The translations under genes and the position numbers were made by a program. A stretch of DNA of 64,000 bases from a bacterium (lineage in GTDB: Bacteria > SZUA-79 > Acidulodesulfobacterales > Acidulodesulfobacteraceae): the NCBI GenBank assembly GCA_021818985.1, contig JAKASO010000002.1, forward strand, positions 43,383-107,382. Reading direction: 5' to 3'. Shown one piece after another: positions 1-11,024 of this stretch. The notes beneath the pieces were generated by a model. The model was not told the DNA's origin. It saw only the letters and a list, made by a program, of their open reading frames with translations, and did not search any database. Within the stretch, counting starts at the first letter, position 1. Every line of letters begins with the position of its first letter.

Positions 1-2
1 GG

Positions 3-320
3 CTTTTGTATTTGCTTATCGGCGACGGTTTTTTTGAGGGTCAAAGCCTTGGTAAAAAATTAATAGGTCTTAAGGTCATTACCATTCCCGACGAAAAAAA
101 GGCAGAATTTAAAGAGTCCATTATCAGAAATTCTTTTTTAGCCCTTGCCATCGGTTTTGCAATCATACCGTTTGTCGGTTTTTTCCTTATGTTTACCGTC
201 GGCTTATTTATTTTTGTCGTCGAGGGGTATTATGTCCTGACTAATCCTGCAGGAGAAAGGCTGGGGGACAGGCTTGCCTTTACCCGCGTTATAGACGTAA
301 AACAAAAATCTCCGCGTTAG
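3..320 (+). CDS. RDD-family membrane protein, C-terminal part (5' end lies outside the window)
   Basis: The frame is open to the window edge. It has hydrophobic helices and a C-terminal G-ERLGDRLA-FT-RVI signature typical of RDD-domain proteins. Confidence 0.55.
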   Translation, partial: LLYLLIGDGFFEGQSLGKKLIGLKVITIPDEKKAEFKESIIRNSFLALAIGFAIIPFVGFFLMFTVGLFIFVVEGYYVLTNPAGERLGDRLAFTRVIDVKQKSPR

Positions 321-376
321 AAACACGTTAGAAAATAATTATATTTCATAATCCCGGTTTCCATAACCCTCTATCT

Positions 377-405
377 TTGGAACCTTGCGGTGGCAAAGGT
401 TCCAA
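377..405. terminator. Perfect 10-bp inverted repeat hairpin between convergent genes (terminator-like, no clear U-tract)
   Basis: TTGGAACCTT (377-386) and AAGGTTCCAA (396-405) with a 9-nt loop. It lies between the RDD gene stop and the OMP gene stop. Confidence 0.3.
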
Positions 406-465
406 AAGGGCGGGAGGAGGAGTTATTTAATATTTCTAATGTCTAATGCGCGCAGATTAAGGCGG

Positions 466-1371
466 CTATATCTGAAATCCAAATTTTAAACCAAAATCAA
501 GCCATAATTGATTGTATTGATCTGCCGGTTCCGATATTATGCCACCAGGAACAGGTATCTGATTAGATTGTCCTTCTTTATTTTGAGCATATCTTATACC
601 GACAAAAGGGCTTATTTGGAATGTTTCGCTTTTGTATAATTCATAGCCTAATTTGGCGCCGAAAAGATAGCCCGATTCGTTTCCTAAGTTAAAATTGAAA
701 GAAGTGCCGGAAAGGGCCGTATGCATGGCATTTTGATTTCCATGCGTATAATAAGCTTCGGCTTCTATCCAAAACCGGGGGGTAATTAAACCGTAAGCTT
801 TTACACCGAGCATGTAATAAGCGAGTTTATAGTGTTCGACATAATTAGAATAGCTAGGAGCTGAGAGTGAAGGGTTAAGGCTTCTATTCCAATTTACCCA
901 TTCGTATCCGATATTAGGAATTACCGCAAGATTTTGCGTCGGCAAGATTACGTATCCAACCCTGATACCCCCATCAACATATTGTAGATGATCCGTATAA
1001 TTTCCGGAAGGCTCGCTATAACTTGAATTTCCGGTATTTGTTAAAAAGTTTCCTTCAAACCATATCGGCAAGTTAGGCCAAGCTCCCTCTAACGTCATGC
1101 CGAAACCAGGCAGGTTGGCGTGTTCGTTATCTAAGGTTTGACCAACAGGATAAAGCGGGTTCTGATAAGTGCCGGATCCGTTATACTCTGCGTAATGCAT
1201 ATAATCTTCAGAATAATAAAGATTAAACGAATTTATTACCGAATAAATATCGGCAGTGTTTCCATTTGACGGATAACCGTATCCTCCCCCTCCCCCAAAA
1301 GCATTTTGAGAGGTAAAAAACAATGCTGCAAAAATTAAAGATAGGAACAATAAATATTTTTTAATCTTCAT
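466..1371 (-). CDS. Putative outer-membrane beta-barrel protein
   Basis: N-terminal signal peptide (MKIKKYLLFLSLIFAALFFTSQNAFG). Y/G/N-rich alternating pattern and a C-terminal FGLKFGFQI strand. Confidence 0.5.
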   Translation of the reverse strand: MKIKKYLLFLSLIFAALFFTSQNAFGGGGGYGYPSNGNTADIYSVINSFNLYYSEDYMHYAEYNGSGTYQNPLYPVGQTLDNEHANLPGFGMTLEGAWPNLPIWFEGNFLTNTGNSSYSEPSGNYTDHLQYVDGGIRVGYVILPTQNLAVIPNIGYEWVNWNRSLNPSLSAPSYSNYVEHYKLAYYMLGVKAYGLITPRFWIEAEAYYTHGNQNAMHTALSGTSFNFNLGNESGYLFGAKLGYELYKSETFQISPFVGIRYAQNKEGQSNQIPVPGGIISEPADQYNQLWLDFGLKFGFQI

Positions 1372-1711
1372 GGCACTCCTCCTTTTAAATTCGTTACTTT
1401 TATTAGGTTCTTTTCATACCGTATAATCAAAAGCGAAAGATAGTCCTTAGTGAAATTTATTAATTTATTACCTACGCTGTTATGATAAGATTATAACACT
1501 ATATTTAGTAATGTCAAGGTGTCAAGTTTTTTTTGTCAACCCAAAATAAAAATATTATATGCGAGGCAATTTAGAAATGTCCTAATCTTAGCGATTTGGG
1601 TTCTTCCGGGATTAGACGGCTAAAGCGCTAACATTGCCGGTTTTATTGAAATTATTTTCTTTTCGTTGTAAAATTCATTATTATAATTATTATATTATTA
1701 TTATATTTTAA

Positions 1712-4546
1712 ATGACTAATATCAAAAGCGATATTTTTCTAATTGATTCAAGTTCCTATTTCTACAGGGCGTTTTATGCCTTGCCCCCGCTTGCCAATTC
1801 CAAAGGGTTTCCCACTGGAGCTATCCTTGGCTATACTAAAATGCTTATGAAATTAATGACGGAATCCAGCGTGAAATACGGGGCGTGCCTTTTTGATTCC
1901 CGTAAAAGCCTGAGAAAAGAATCGTTTAAGGAATATAAGGCAAACCGCAAAGAGATGCCGGAAGACCTTGTAAAACAGGTAGATTACATATACGCCATTT
2001 CAGATATGCTTGGTTTTAATACATTTAAGCTTGAAGGCTACGAGGCGGATGACCTGATAGCTTATATCGTCAAGAATATTATTTCCAAAGGTTCGTCAAG
2101 CAGTTTAGTAGAAGAAAAAGACGGTAAAAATATCGAAAAGGAAAAGGTTAAAACCGTTGGGACGGTTACGGCAAGGATTCCCGTCTGCATCATAACGGGC
2201 GATAAAGATCTAAAACAACTTTTATCGGAAAACGTTTGCATTTACGATGCCCAAAAAGACAAAATTATTACTGCGGAAGGTTTTGAAGAAGAATTCGGGA
2301 TAAAGCCGTTTGAGTATAGATACGTCCTTGCTTTAATGGGCGACGGTTCCGATAACATTCCCGGCATCAAAGGGATAGGCGAAAAGACCGCTTTTAATTT
2401 AATCAGGTCGTACGGCAGTTTAGACGGCATTTATGAAAATATCCCGTCCATAAAGCAGCAAAAGCTCAAAGAAATCCTTATTGCGCATAAGGACGACGCC
2501 TATAATTCGCTTGAACTCGCCTCTTTTTATAATAGTCTTCCGTTTAACGATTCATATTTTACCACCAGTTTTAGCGTTAGTTCCAATACCGCCCCCGCGG
2601 TTGAAATAATGCAAAAAGTTGAAAAGGTTAAATTTGAGAGTATAAACGATTTTGCTTTAAAAGAAAAAAACACGGAAGGGCTTGCCGGAATTTTTAAGGA
2701 ATTAGAATTTAAAACCATTTTAAACAAGGGCAACGGCGCCGGTAAAGATAACGGCGCAGCGGGTTCTTCAAGCATCGCTATTGATGAAGACAAGCTCTGG
2801 ATATATGCCGGACTTAATTTAAACAAAGCCCGTTCAAAAAATACGCTTAATTTTAATTCTGAGAAAGACCCCGAAGAGGTTGATCTTATATATCTTTTTT
2901 CAAAAAAAACCGGCGCATTTCTCCTTACGGGCGGGGAACTTGATAAAAGGCTAGATATATTATCGTTTTTGCAAGACGGCAGGGTTAAAAAGATCGGCTT
3001 TGATTTAAACGGCATAAGAAAATATTTTAAAAGGCGCGGATCGAATTTTATGGGGCAATATTTTGACTTGCAGCTTGCTTCGTATCTTTTTAATCCGGTT
3101 CGCCATTCCCATAATTTTTCCGATATTTATAACGAGTTTTCGGTTGAGCTTAAAGAAGGGTTTAAGGAGTTTGACGCCGCTTATGATCCGGAAAATAAGG
3201 CTGCTATAGTTTATAAGCTTTATAACCTGCTTTTAGGCGAAATCGAAAAAGATAATAATCTTAGAAGGCTTTTTTTTAATGTAGATATGCCGCTTTCTTT
3301 AGTTTTGGGAGAAATGGAAGAAACCGGGTTTATGATAGACAAAGAACGGCTTATTGCTTTATCTTCCGAATTTGAAATAGAGGCAAAAAGGCTTTCCGGT
3401 ACCGTATATAAAATAGCCGGAGCCGAATTTAACATAAATTCGCCGAAACAGTTAAGTGAGATAATGTTCGAAAGGCTTAATTTTCGCAGGGTCAAAAAAA
3501 ACAGCACCGATGCGGAGGTTCTTCAGACGCTAAAAAGCGAGATAGAAAGCGCAATTTCCTTGAACGAAAAAGGAACCGGCGCCGGCGCTACGGGCATTGG
3601 CGTTTTTAAAGATTATGTTGTATTTATAGATAGCATTATTTCATATAGAAACAAGATCAAGCTTAAAACATCTTTTACCGATGTTTTAATAAAAGAATTA
3701 GATAACAATAACAGGGTTCATACTTCTTTTTCCCAGGTTAAGACCTCTACGGGAAGGCTTTCAAGCCAGGAGCCGAATCTGCAAAATATTCCTATTTCGG
3801 GGATGGAAGGCGCAAAGATCAGGCAGGCGTTTATAGCGCCGAAGGGCAAAATACTCGTTTCGGCGGACTATTCGCAGATAGATTTACGGGTAATGGCTGA
3901 GGTATCCGGCGACGAGCTTTTAATACAGAGCTTTAAGAATAGCGAAGATATACATTCTAAAACGGCCAGCGAGATTTTTCGGGTGGATCCATCCGACGTT
4001 ACCCAGCAAATGAGAAGGCGCGCAAAAGTTATAAATTTCGGGATCATTTACGGCATGAGCCCTTATGGGCTTTCTAAAGAACTTGCCATCTCTTCAGAAG
4101 AGGCAAAAACATATATTGATCTTTTTTTTCAAACCCATCCCCAAATAAAACAGTATATGGAATCAATAGTCAAAGAAGCTAGAAAAAACGGCTATGTGAA
4201 AACGGTTTTTGGCAGGAAGTGTTATATAAAAGACATTAATTCTAAAATAAAAAACCTTGCCTCTTTTGCAGAAAGGGCGGCGATAAATGCGCCGATTCAG
4301 GGAACGGCTGCCGATATAATAAAAATTGTTATGATAAATATAGACAAAGAACTTAAAATAAAAGGCATTGACGCCAAAATGATCCTTCAGGTGCATGACG
4401 AGCTTATATTCGAAGCGGATCCGTCCGGATTAGAAGAACTGCTGAAGGTTGTTGTATCTAAAATGACGGACAGCGCCCTGCTTAAAAATGTCCCTTTAGC
4501 CGTGAATACCGGTTACGGAAAAAACTGGGACGAAGCTCACTCATGA
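1712..4546 (+). CDS. polA: DNA polymerase I
   Basis: 944 aa. 5'-nuclease domain (GDGSDNIPGIKGIGEKTA). Pol A motifs (DYSQIDLRV, RRRAKVINFGIIYG, QVHDELIFE). The central 3'-5' exonuclease motifs are not recognisable by eye. Confidence 0.95.
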   Translation: MTNIKSDIFLIDSSSYFYRAFYALPPLANSKGFPTGAILGYTKMLMKLMTESSVKYGACLFDSRKSLRKESFKEYKANRKEMPEDLVKQVDYIYAISDMLGFNTFKLEGYEADDLIAYIVKNIISKGSSSSLVEEKDGKNIEKEKVKTVGTVTARIPVCIITGDKDLKQLLSENVCIYDAQKDKIITAEGFEEEFGIKPFEYRYVLALMGDGSDNIPGIKGIGEKTAFNLIRSYGSLDGIYENIPSIKQQKLKEILIAHKDDAYNSLELASFYNSLPFNDSYFTTSFSVSSNTAPAVEIMQKVEKVKFESINDFALKEKNTEGLAGIFKELEFKTILNKGNGAGKDNGAAGSSSIAIDEDKLWIYAGLNLNKARSKNTLNFNSEKDPEEVDLIYLFSKKTGAFLLTGGELDKRLDILSFLQDGRVKKIGFDLNGIRKYFKRRGSNFMGQYFDLQLASYLFNPVRHSHNFSDIYNEFSVELKEGFKEFDAAYDPENKAAIVYKLYNLLLGEIEKDNNLRRLFFNVDMPLSLVLGEMEETGFMIDKERLIALSSEFEIEAKRLSGTVYKIAGAEFNINSPKQLSEIMFERLNFRRVKKNSTDAEVLQTLKSEIESAISLNEKGTGAGATGIGVFKDYVVFIDSIISYRNKIKLKTSFTDVLIKELDNNNRVHTSFSQVKTSTGRLSSQEPNLQNIPISGMEGAKIRQAFIAPKGKILVSADYSQIDLRVMAEVSGDELLIQSFKNSEDIHSKTASEIFRVDPSDVTQQMRRRAKVINFGIIYGMSPYGLSKELAISSEEAKTYIDLFFQTHPQIKQYMESIVKEARKNGYVKTVFGRKCYIKDINSKIKNLASFAERAAINAPIQGTAADIIKIVMINIDKELKIKGIDAKMILQVHDELIFEADPSGLEELLKVVVSKMTDSALLKNVPLAVNTGYGKNWDEAHS

Positions 4547-4627
4547 TGCCGGTTGCAATGTTATTCTTTTTTAAGGTATAATAAAAAGCATAATGAATTA
4601 AAATATATTAAAAATATATTTGCTGGT

Positions 4628-5203
4628 ATGAATAAATTTATTTTAACCGTTATCCTGTTATTAGCGTTATTCACTCCTGTATCGCCCAAATCGGCATCTG
4701 CCCGAACGGTTACCTATTTTTCGCCGCAGGCCAATCTTCAAAATACCGATATTTACTGGCTTAATAAGTCTTTAAAAGTTAAAAGCCTGTATATTGCCAT
4801 GTATTCTTTTACAGATTATAAAATCGCAAGAGAGCTTATATATCTTGCCCATAAAGGCGTCAAAATCTATATATACAGGGACGATAAGCAGATGAAGGAC
4901 AGAACCGATAGAACCTATATGCTTAAAACCATCAGGAATATTTACATTAAAGCTAAAAGAGACAAGGGTTTTTGGAATATTATGCATGATAAAATATTTA
5001 TAATTCCTGGTGTTGTTTTTAGAGAGGGTTCGGCAAACTGGTCGCCGTCCGCCGAAGGGGCTTCGTGCTACCATGGCAACTGCGGCTCATCGGAAAATCA
5101 GGATAATAATGCCACATATATAACCAACCGTAACGAAATTAATATAGCTCTGTATAATTTCCGTCATATTTGGGACAGAAAATCGAATATCAATATTAAT
5201 TAA
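4628..5203 (+). CDS. Secreted phospholipase D / Nuc-like family protein
   Basis: Signal peptide from the internal ATG at 4628 (MNKFILTVILLLALFTPVSPKSASA). Single PLD-type HxK...GSxN motif (HDKIFII...GSANWS). Confidence 0.65.
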   Translation: MNKFILTVILLLALFTPVSPKSASARTVTYFSPQANLQNTDIYWLNKSLKVKSLYIAMYSFTDYKIARELIYLAHKGVKIYIYRDDKQMKDRTDRTYMLKTIRNIYIKAKRDKGFWNIMHDKIFIIPGVVFREGSANWSPSAEGASCYHGNCGSSENQDNNATYITNRNEINIALYNFRHIWDRKSNININ

Positions 5204-5273
5204 AAAAAGCGGGCGGGGTAAATATACGGTCGTAAACTATTTTGTTTATTAAATTTTAAGGGGTTCTATTTCT

Positions 5274-6329
5274 ATGTTGTACTCAAAACTTGGCGATGCG
5301 GGGCTTAAGGTTTCAAGGCTTTGCTTTGGAACCATGACGTTTGGCTTTAAATTCAGGAATATCGGCGCCGTCGGACAAGATGATGCCGGCAAGATGGTTA
5401 AAAAGGCTTACGAATCCGGCATAAATTTTTTTGATACAGCCGATATATATTCCTTCGGGCAATCGGAGGAAATTTTAGGGAACTCGTTAAAAAAACTTAA
5501 GGTTCCGAGGGAGAAATTTGTCATCGCTACAAAGGTTCGTTCCCCTTTGAGCGAAGAGGCAATGAGCGGGGCCGGGGATGTAAACAATGCTGGACTTTCG
5601 AGAAAACACATAATAGAAGCCTGCAATAACAGTTTAAAAAGGTTAAAAACGGATTATATTGATCTTTATCAGGTGCACGGCTGGGACATGTCTACGGCAA
5701 TAGAAGAGACATTGAACGCCTTAAACGATCTTGTAAGGCAGGGAAAAGTGTTATATTTGGGCGTTTCAAACTGGACCGCAAGGCATATAATGAAAGCTTT
5801 GTATCTTGCAAAAGCCGGTAATTTAAGCAGGTTTATTTCGTTACAGGCATATTATTCCTTAGCGGGAAGAGATGTAGAGCATGAACTTTTGCCTTTATGC
5901 AAAGAAGAAGGGTTGGGCGTTCTTCCATGGTCTCCATTGTCCGGCGGTTTTTTAACCGGTAAATACACCCGTGAAAACCCTAACCCGATAGGTGCAAGAA
6001 GAAGCGAATTTAATTTTCCACCCGTGGACGAGAGGGTCTATAATGCCATAGACGTGTTAAAAGAATTGTCGAAAGAAAAAAATGTTTCAATCCCGCAAAT
6101 TGCTTTAAGCTGGCTTTTACATCAAGACGGCGTCAGCTCTGTAATAATTGGGGCGAATAAAATGCCCCAGTTAGAAGATAATCTTAAATCAATAGACGTT
6201 AAATTAACGGAAGATGAACTATCAAGGCTTTCTGATACGACAGCTCTCAAAAAGCTTTATCCCCAATGGATGGTGGAATGGCAGAATAAAAGGATATCGT
6301 TAGACCCGGGTGCATTGCCCCATTTATAA
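5274..6329 (+). CDS. Aldo/keto reductase family oxidoreductase
   Basis: 351 aa. FDTADIYS, DLYQVHGWD and LGVLPWSPL motifs typical of the AKR11/12-like family. Confidence 0.9.
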   Translation: MLYSKLGDAGLKVSRLCFGTMTFGFKFRNIGAVGQDDAGKMVKKAYESGINFFDTADIYSFGQSEEILGNSLKKLKVPREKFVIATKVRSPLSEEAMSGAGDVNNAGLSRKHIIEACNNSLKRLKTDYIDLYQVHGWDMSTAIEETLNALNDLVRQGKVLYLGVSNWTARHIMKALYLAKAGNLSRFISLQAYYSLAGRDVEHELLPLCKEEGLGVLPWSPLSGGFLTGKYTRENPNPIGARRSEFNFPPVDERVYNAIDVLKELSKEKNVSIPQIALSWLLHQDGVSSVIIGANKMPQLEDNLKSIDVKLTEDELSRLSDTTALKKLYPQWMVEWQNKRISLDPGALPHL

Positions 6330-6350
6330 TCCTTCCCGTTTATTATCTTC

Positions 6351-7499
6351 TTAAAGATGAGGCATGCTATGTTTGATACTTTTAATGCTACTAAGATATA
6401 TATTTTTTAGTTCAATATCTGTTAAATTCCTTCGCAATTTTGTTGATTTGCTCCTGACAATATTTAGAATATATCTGGCTTCAGTATCCGTTATTGATAT
6501 ATCCATATTTTTAAGTTTATGTTTAATGACGGATGTGCCACTGTGTTTGCCGATCAAAAGCTTTCGTTCGAGCCCTACTTCTTCGGGCGGAAACGCTTCA
6601 TAGTTTATCGGGTTTTTAATGACGCCGTCCGTATGTATGCCGGCTTCATGGTAAAATATATTATTGCCGAAAATAGGTTTGGAAAGAGGTAAAGGCCGTT
6701 TTGTTATATTTGCAATTATGCCGGCAAGTTCTTTTGCCTTAATAAGATTAAATTTAGTTCTCATTTTTTCTATGAATTTAAAATATGCCATAACCTCTTC
6801 AAGTGGGCAATTTCCAGCCCTCTCGCCGATACCGGATATGCTGCCCGATATGCTGTGTGCACCGGCGGTTAGCGCCGCTATAGAATTTGCTGTTGCCATG
6901 CCAAAATCATTATGGGTATGGATCTCTAAGAGGATATGCTTAAACTTTGTGCGGATCGTCTCAATATTTTTATGCATAGTTAAAGGATTTAAGGTTCCGA
7001 CGGTATCGGAATAGCGGTATTTGTAAGCCCCTTCGCCTTCTGCTATATTTATGAGTTCAAAAAGAGTTTTAATATCGGTTCTGGAAGAATCCTCACCGCC
7101 GACCGAAAATATAACCCCTTCTTTTCTCAATATTTTACATATTTCAATAATAGATTTTTTAACGTAATCAATATCTTTTCTTAATTTATATTTGATATGT
7201 ATGTTGGAGATGGGAATTGACACATGCATATATTTTAACCCTATGGATAAAGATTCGTAAATATCATTTTTATTTGCCCGGTTCCATGAAATAATCTTTG
7301 CTTTCAACCCGAGCGAATTGATTTTTTTTATTGCTTCTTGTTCCGCCCCCCCCATTGCCGGCACGCCCGCTTCGATTTCATCTACGCCAATTTTATCGAG
7401 TAAACCGGCAATAAGGATCTTTTCATCGCGGGAAAAAATAATTCCCGCGGTTTGCTCTCCGTCCCTTAATGTAGTGTCGTTGATTATAAATCTTTTCAT
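6351..7499 (-). CDS. nifV: Homocitrate synthase
   Basis: N-terminal INDTTLRDGEQ of HMGL-like/LeuA-family enzymes. Short form without the LeuA regulatory domain. Divergent from nifH. Confidence 0.8.
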   Translation of the reverse strand: MKRFIINDTTLRDGEQTAGIIFSRDEKILIAGLLDKIGVDEIEAGVPAMGGAEQEAIKKINSLGLKAKIISWNRANKNDIYESLSIGLKYMHVSIPISNIHIKYKLRKDIDYVKKSIIEICKILRKEGVIFSVGGEDSSRTDIKTLFELINIAEGEGAYKYRYSDTVGTLNPLTMHKNIETIRTKFKHILLEIHTHNDFGMATANSIAALTAGAHSISGSISGIGERAGNCPLEEVMAYFKFIEKMRTKFNLIKAKELAGIIANITKRPLPLSKPIFGNNIFYHEAGIHTDGVIKNPINYEAFPPEEVGLERKLLIGKHSGTSVIKHKLKNMDISITDTEARYILNIVRSKSTKLRRNLTDIELKNIYLSSIKSIKHSMPHL

Positions 7500-7814
7500 G
7501 ACGGTTTATAGCCTGCATATTATATGCCATCACGAACTGCTTACCGGTAAATTTAAACGGACGCCCCTATATCCTTATTCTTTACTTTATATATTGTATA
7601 TAAAGAATTTATATAACAAACATATAACCGTAATTTGTTGGTAGAAAATTATTTTTCCGGATTACCGCTTTGCTCCAAGCTTTTAAGCCTTGTAAAGCCC
7701 CTTTTGTTATATTTTTAATCACTTAATGACTATAATTTGTGCAATTTAAAATTAATTTAACTTTTTCATCTTGAATTATCTTAAATTATCTTACGATGAC
7801 TATATAGCCCGCTG

Positions 7815-7830
7815 CCGGCATAGTTTTTGC
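7815..7830 (+). promoter_or_regulatory. Sigma-54-type -24/-12 promoter candidate 1
   Basis: CCGGCATAGTTTTTGC. GG at 7817-18 and GC at 7829-30 have the canonical spacing (compare TGGCAC-N5-TTGC). It points toward nifH. Confidence 0.35.
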
Positions 7831-7970
7831 TTTTACTAATAGAAAATAGAAAATAATAAAAAAACAATAAATGAATAATTAAAGCTAAATAAGATAAGAT
7901 AAGATAAGAAGCGGGTGTTATCTGGAGCCATTGAAATATGAAATATACGGGATAGTAAATTATTTTAATG

Positions 7971-7986
7971 TGGCATAGTTTATGCA
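7971..7986 (+). promoter_or_regulatory. Sigma-54-type -24/-12 promoter candidate 2
   Basis: TGGCATAGTTTATGCA. It shares the GGCATAGTTTnTGC core with candidate 1 and lies 317 nt upstream of the nifH ATG. Confidence 0.35.
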
Positions 7987-8110
7987 TACACAATAATAGA
8001 TAAGATTAAGAAGGCATAAAATAATTAAATTTTTAAATTGAGGTCATAACCATAATCATAATAAATAGAAATAACGATTAAATTAAATAAATAAAAAGTA
8101 TATATAAATA

Positions 8111-9175
<1,065 letters not shown>

Positions 9176-9236
9176 AATTTCTTCATAAATTATCATAAAT
9201 TGTGAATTATATAATCGTTTGATTGGGTAAAATATT

Positions 9237-10142
9237 ATGAGAATTAATCAAAGCATGGAAAACACCGGAGCGGAAATAGAAAGGCACCCTTGTTTCAACT
9301 TGGAAGCCTCGCACTCTTATGGGCGTGTTCATTTGCCGGTAGCCGCAAGATGCAATATTTCATGCAATTATTGCCACAGGGATTATGACTGTCCCAATGA
9401 GTCGAGACCGGGTGTAACATCGAGACTTTTAAAACCGGAAGAGGCTGTTTTAAGAATATATGAAGCCAAGAAGTTTTTTAATAATATAAGTGTTGCGGCA
9501 GTTGCAGGACCGGGGGACAGCCTTGCCGATCCGGAAAATACATTTAAAACATTTAAACTGATAAAAAAAGAGTTTCCGGAAATAATCCTGTGCATGAGCA
9601 CTAACGGTTTAAATCTTGCCGAAAATGCTAAATATTTAGACGAAACAGGCGTTAAGTTCATAACGGTTACATTAAATTCTATTAATACCAAAATTGCTTC
9701 AAAAATTTACAGATATGTGAATTATAAAGGAGTTATTTACAAGGGCGAAGAAGCTGCAGGCATACTTCTTGAAAAGCAGTTGGAAAGCATAGCTCTATGT
9801 ATTGACAACGGATTTTTGATTAAGATTAACACGGTTCTTATTCCGGGCATAAACGACCTGCATATTAAGGAGCTGTCGAAAGTCCTAAAGAAACTCGGAG
9901 TCTATTTATTTAATGTTATGCCGATGATTCCTGCCGAAAAGTCTTTTTTTCACAAAATAGGGATTAAGGGCGCCGGCAGGCACGATATAGTAAATGCCAC
10001 AAACGGTTTGGAAGGGATAAATATAATGAAACACTGCAGGCAATGCCGTTCGGATGCCGCCGGTTTACTCGGCAACGATCTAAGCGCAAAATTTAATGAA
10101 GAGACGGACCATGGTAAAGAAAAATGCTGTTCTAAGGTGTGA
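9237..10142 (+). CDS. nifB: FeMo-cofactor biosynthesis radical-SAM protein NifB (minimal form, no NifX-like domain)
   Basis: HPCF...VHLPVAARCNISCNYCHRDYDCPNESRPGVTS signature. 301 aa. Confidence 0.85.
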   Translation: MRINQSMENTGAEIERHPCFNLEASHSYGRVHLPVAARCNISCNYCHRDYDCPNESRPGVTSRLLKPEEAVLRIYEAKKFFNNISVAAVAGPGDSLADPENTFKTFKLIKKEFPEIILCMSTNGLNLAENAKYLDETGVKFITVTLNSINTKIASKIYRYVNYKGVIYKGEEAAGILLEKQLESIALCIDNGFLIKINTVLIPGINDLHIKELSKVLKKLGVYLFNVMPMIPAEKSFFHKIGIKGAGRHDIVNATNGLEGINIMKHCRQCRSDAAGLLGNDLSAKFNEETDHGKEKCCSKV

Positions 10143-10179
10143 GCTGCCGCCGGTTATAAAGCTAAATAAGGAAATAGCC

Positions 10180-10995
10180 ATGATAAATATTATAAATATA
10201 AAGGAAAATACCGTCCAAGGGTGTAAGTTGCAAAAAAGCCCTAATTTTTCGCAAGATGAAGAGCTTTATATAGCAACATCGGATACTAAAAGAAAGATGG
10301 AAAACGATTATAAGCCCTTTATAGATAAGGTCTTGAATGGCATCTCCTTTATACCCCGCTCTATTCTTGATTTAGGCTGTGGACCTGGTTATATAGCAAG
10401 GAGATTTAACGAGGTTTTGCCGAATACGTATATCGCAGGAGTGGATATTTCAAGAGCAATGATTACCCATGCCGTTAAAATCTTTAAAAAAAGTCTGATG
10501 AATAAAAATTTATGTATTCAAAAGTATGTTGAAGGCTATTCCGGATTTTATGAAAAAATCGCATATACATATAACTATAACGATTACGGCAACCTGACCG
10601 GCATTCCGGATGCAGGCTATCTTTCGGACAAGCTTGAATATATAGTTGCCGATAGTAGTAACCTGCCTTTTAGAGATAATTTCTTCGATCTCGTAGTTCT
10701 TAAAGGGACGTTTAAATGTTTGGAGAATAAGGCAAGGTCTCTTAACGAGATATACAGGGTTCTATCCGAAAAAGGCGAGATATTGATATACGAGTTTAGA
10801 AAAGAGATACCGGAAGATGAATTTAAAATGCTTACAAAAGATATGCCTGCGCATAAAGCGAATGCTTTAAGAAATAAATTGAACTGTTCTCTTGGTATAA
10901 GCGAGTATGAAAATTATTTGCGCAAAACTAATCTAATAAATTTCACGGATATTTCGATGGATGGTCTTGATATAAAAATAAAGATAATTAAATAA
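10180..10995 (+). CDS. Class I SAM-dependent methyltransferase
   Basis: Motif [10 protein letters not shown], post-I GVDIS, motif [19 protein letters not shown]. The ATG at 10180 follows the nifB stop, and the longer ORF start at 10096 overlaps nifB. Confidence 0.75.
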   Translation: MINIINIKENTVQGCKLQKSPNFSQDEELYIATSDTKRKMENDYKPFIDKVLNGISFIPRSILDLGCGPGYIARRFNEVLPNTYIAGVDISRAMITHAVKIFKKSLMNKNLCIQKYVEGYSGFYEKIAYTYNYNDYGNLTGIPDAGYLSDKLEYIVADSSNLPFRDNFFDLVVLKGTFKCLENKARSLNEIYRVLSEKGEILIYEFRKEIPEDEFKMLTKDMPAHKANALRNKLNCSLGISEYENYLRKTNLINFTDISMDGLDIKIKIIK

Positions 10996-11024
10996 TAAAT
11001 ATTAAAGATAAAAAAGGAGACAAA

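Noticed and set aside
7781-7993. 70-aa ORF inside the nifV-nifH intergenic region
   Set aside because: The translation is low-complexity and I/F/Y/L-rich, as expected from AT-rich non-coding DNA. It has no RBS and overlaps both candidate sigma-54 elements.
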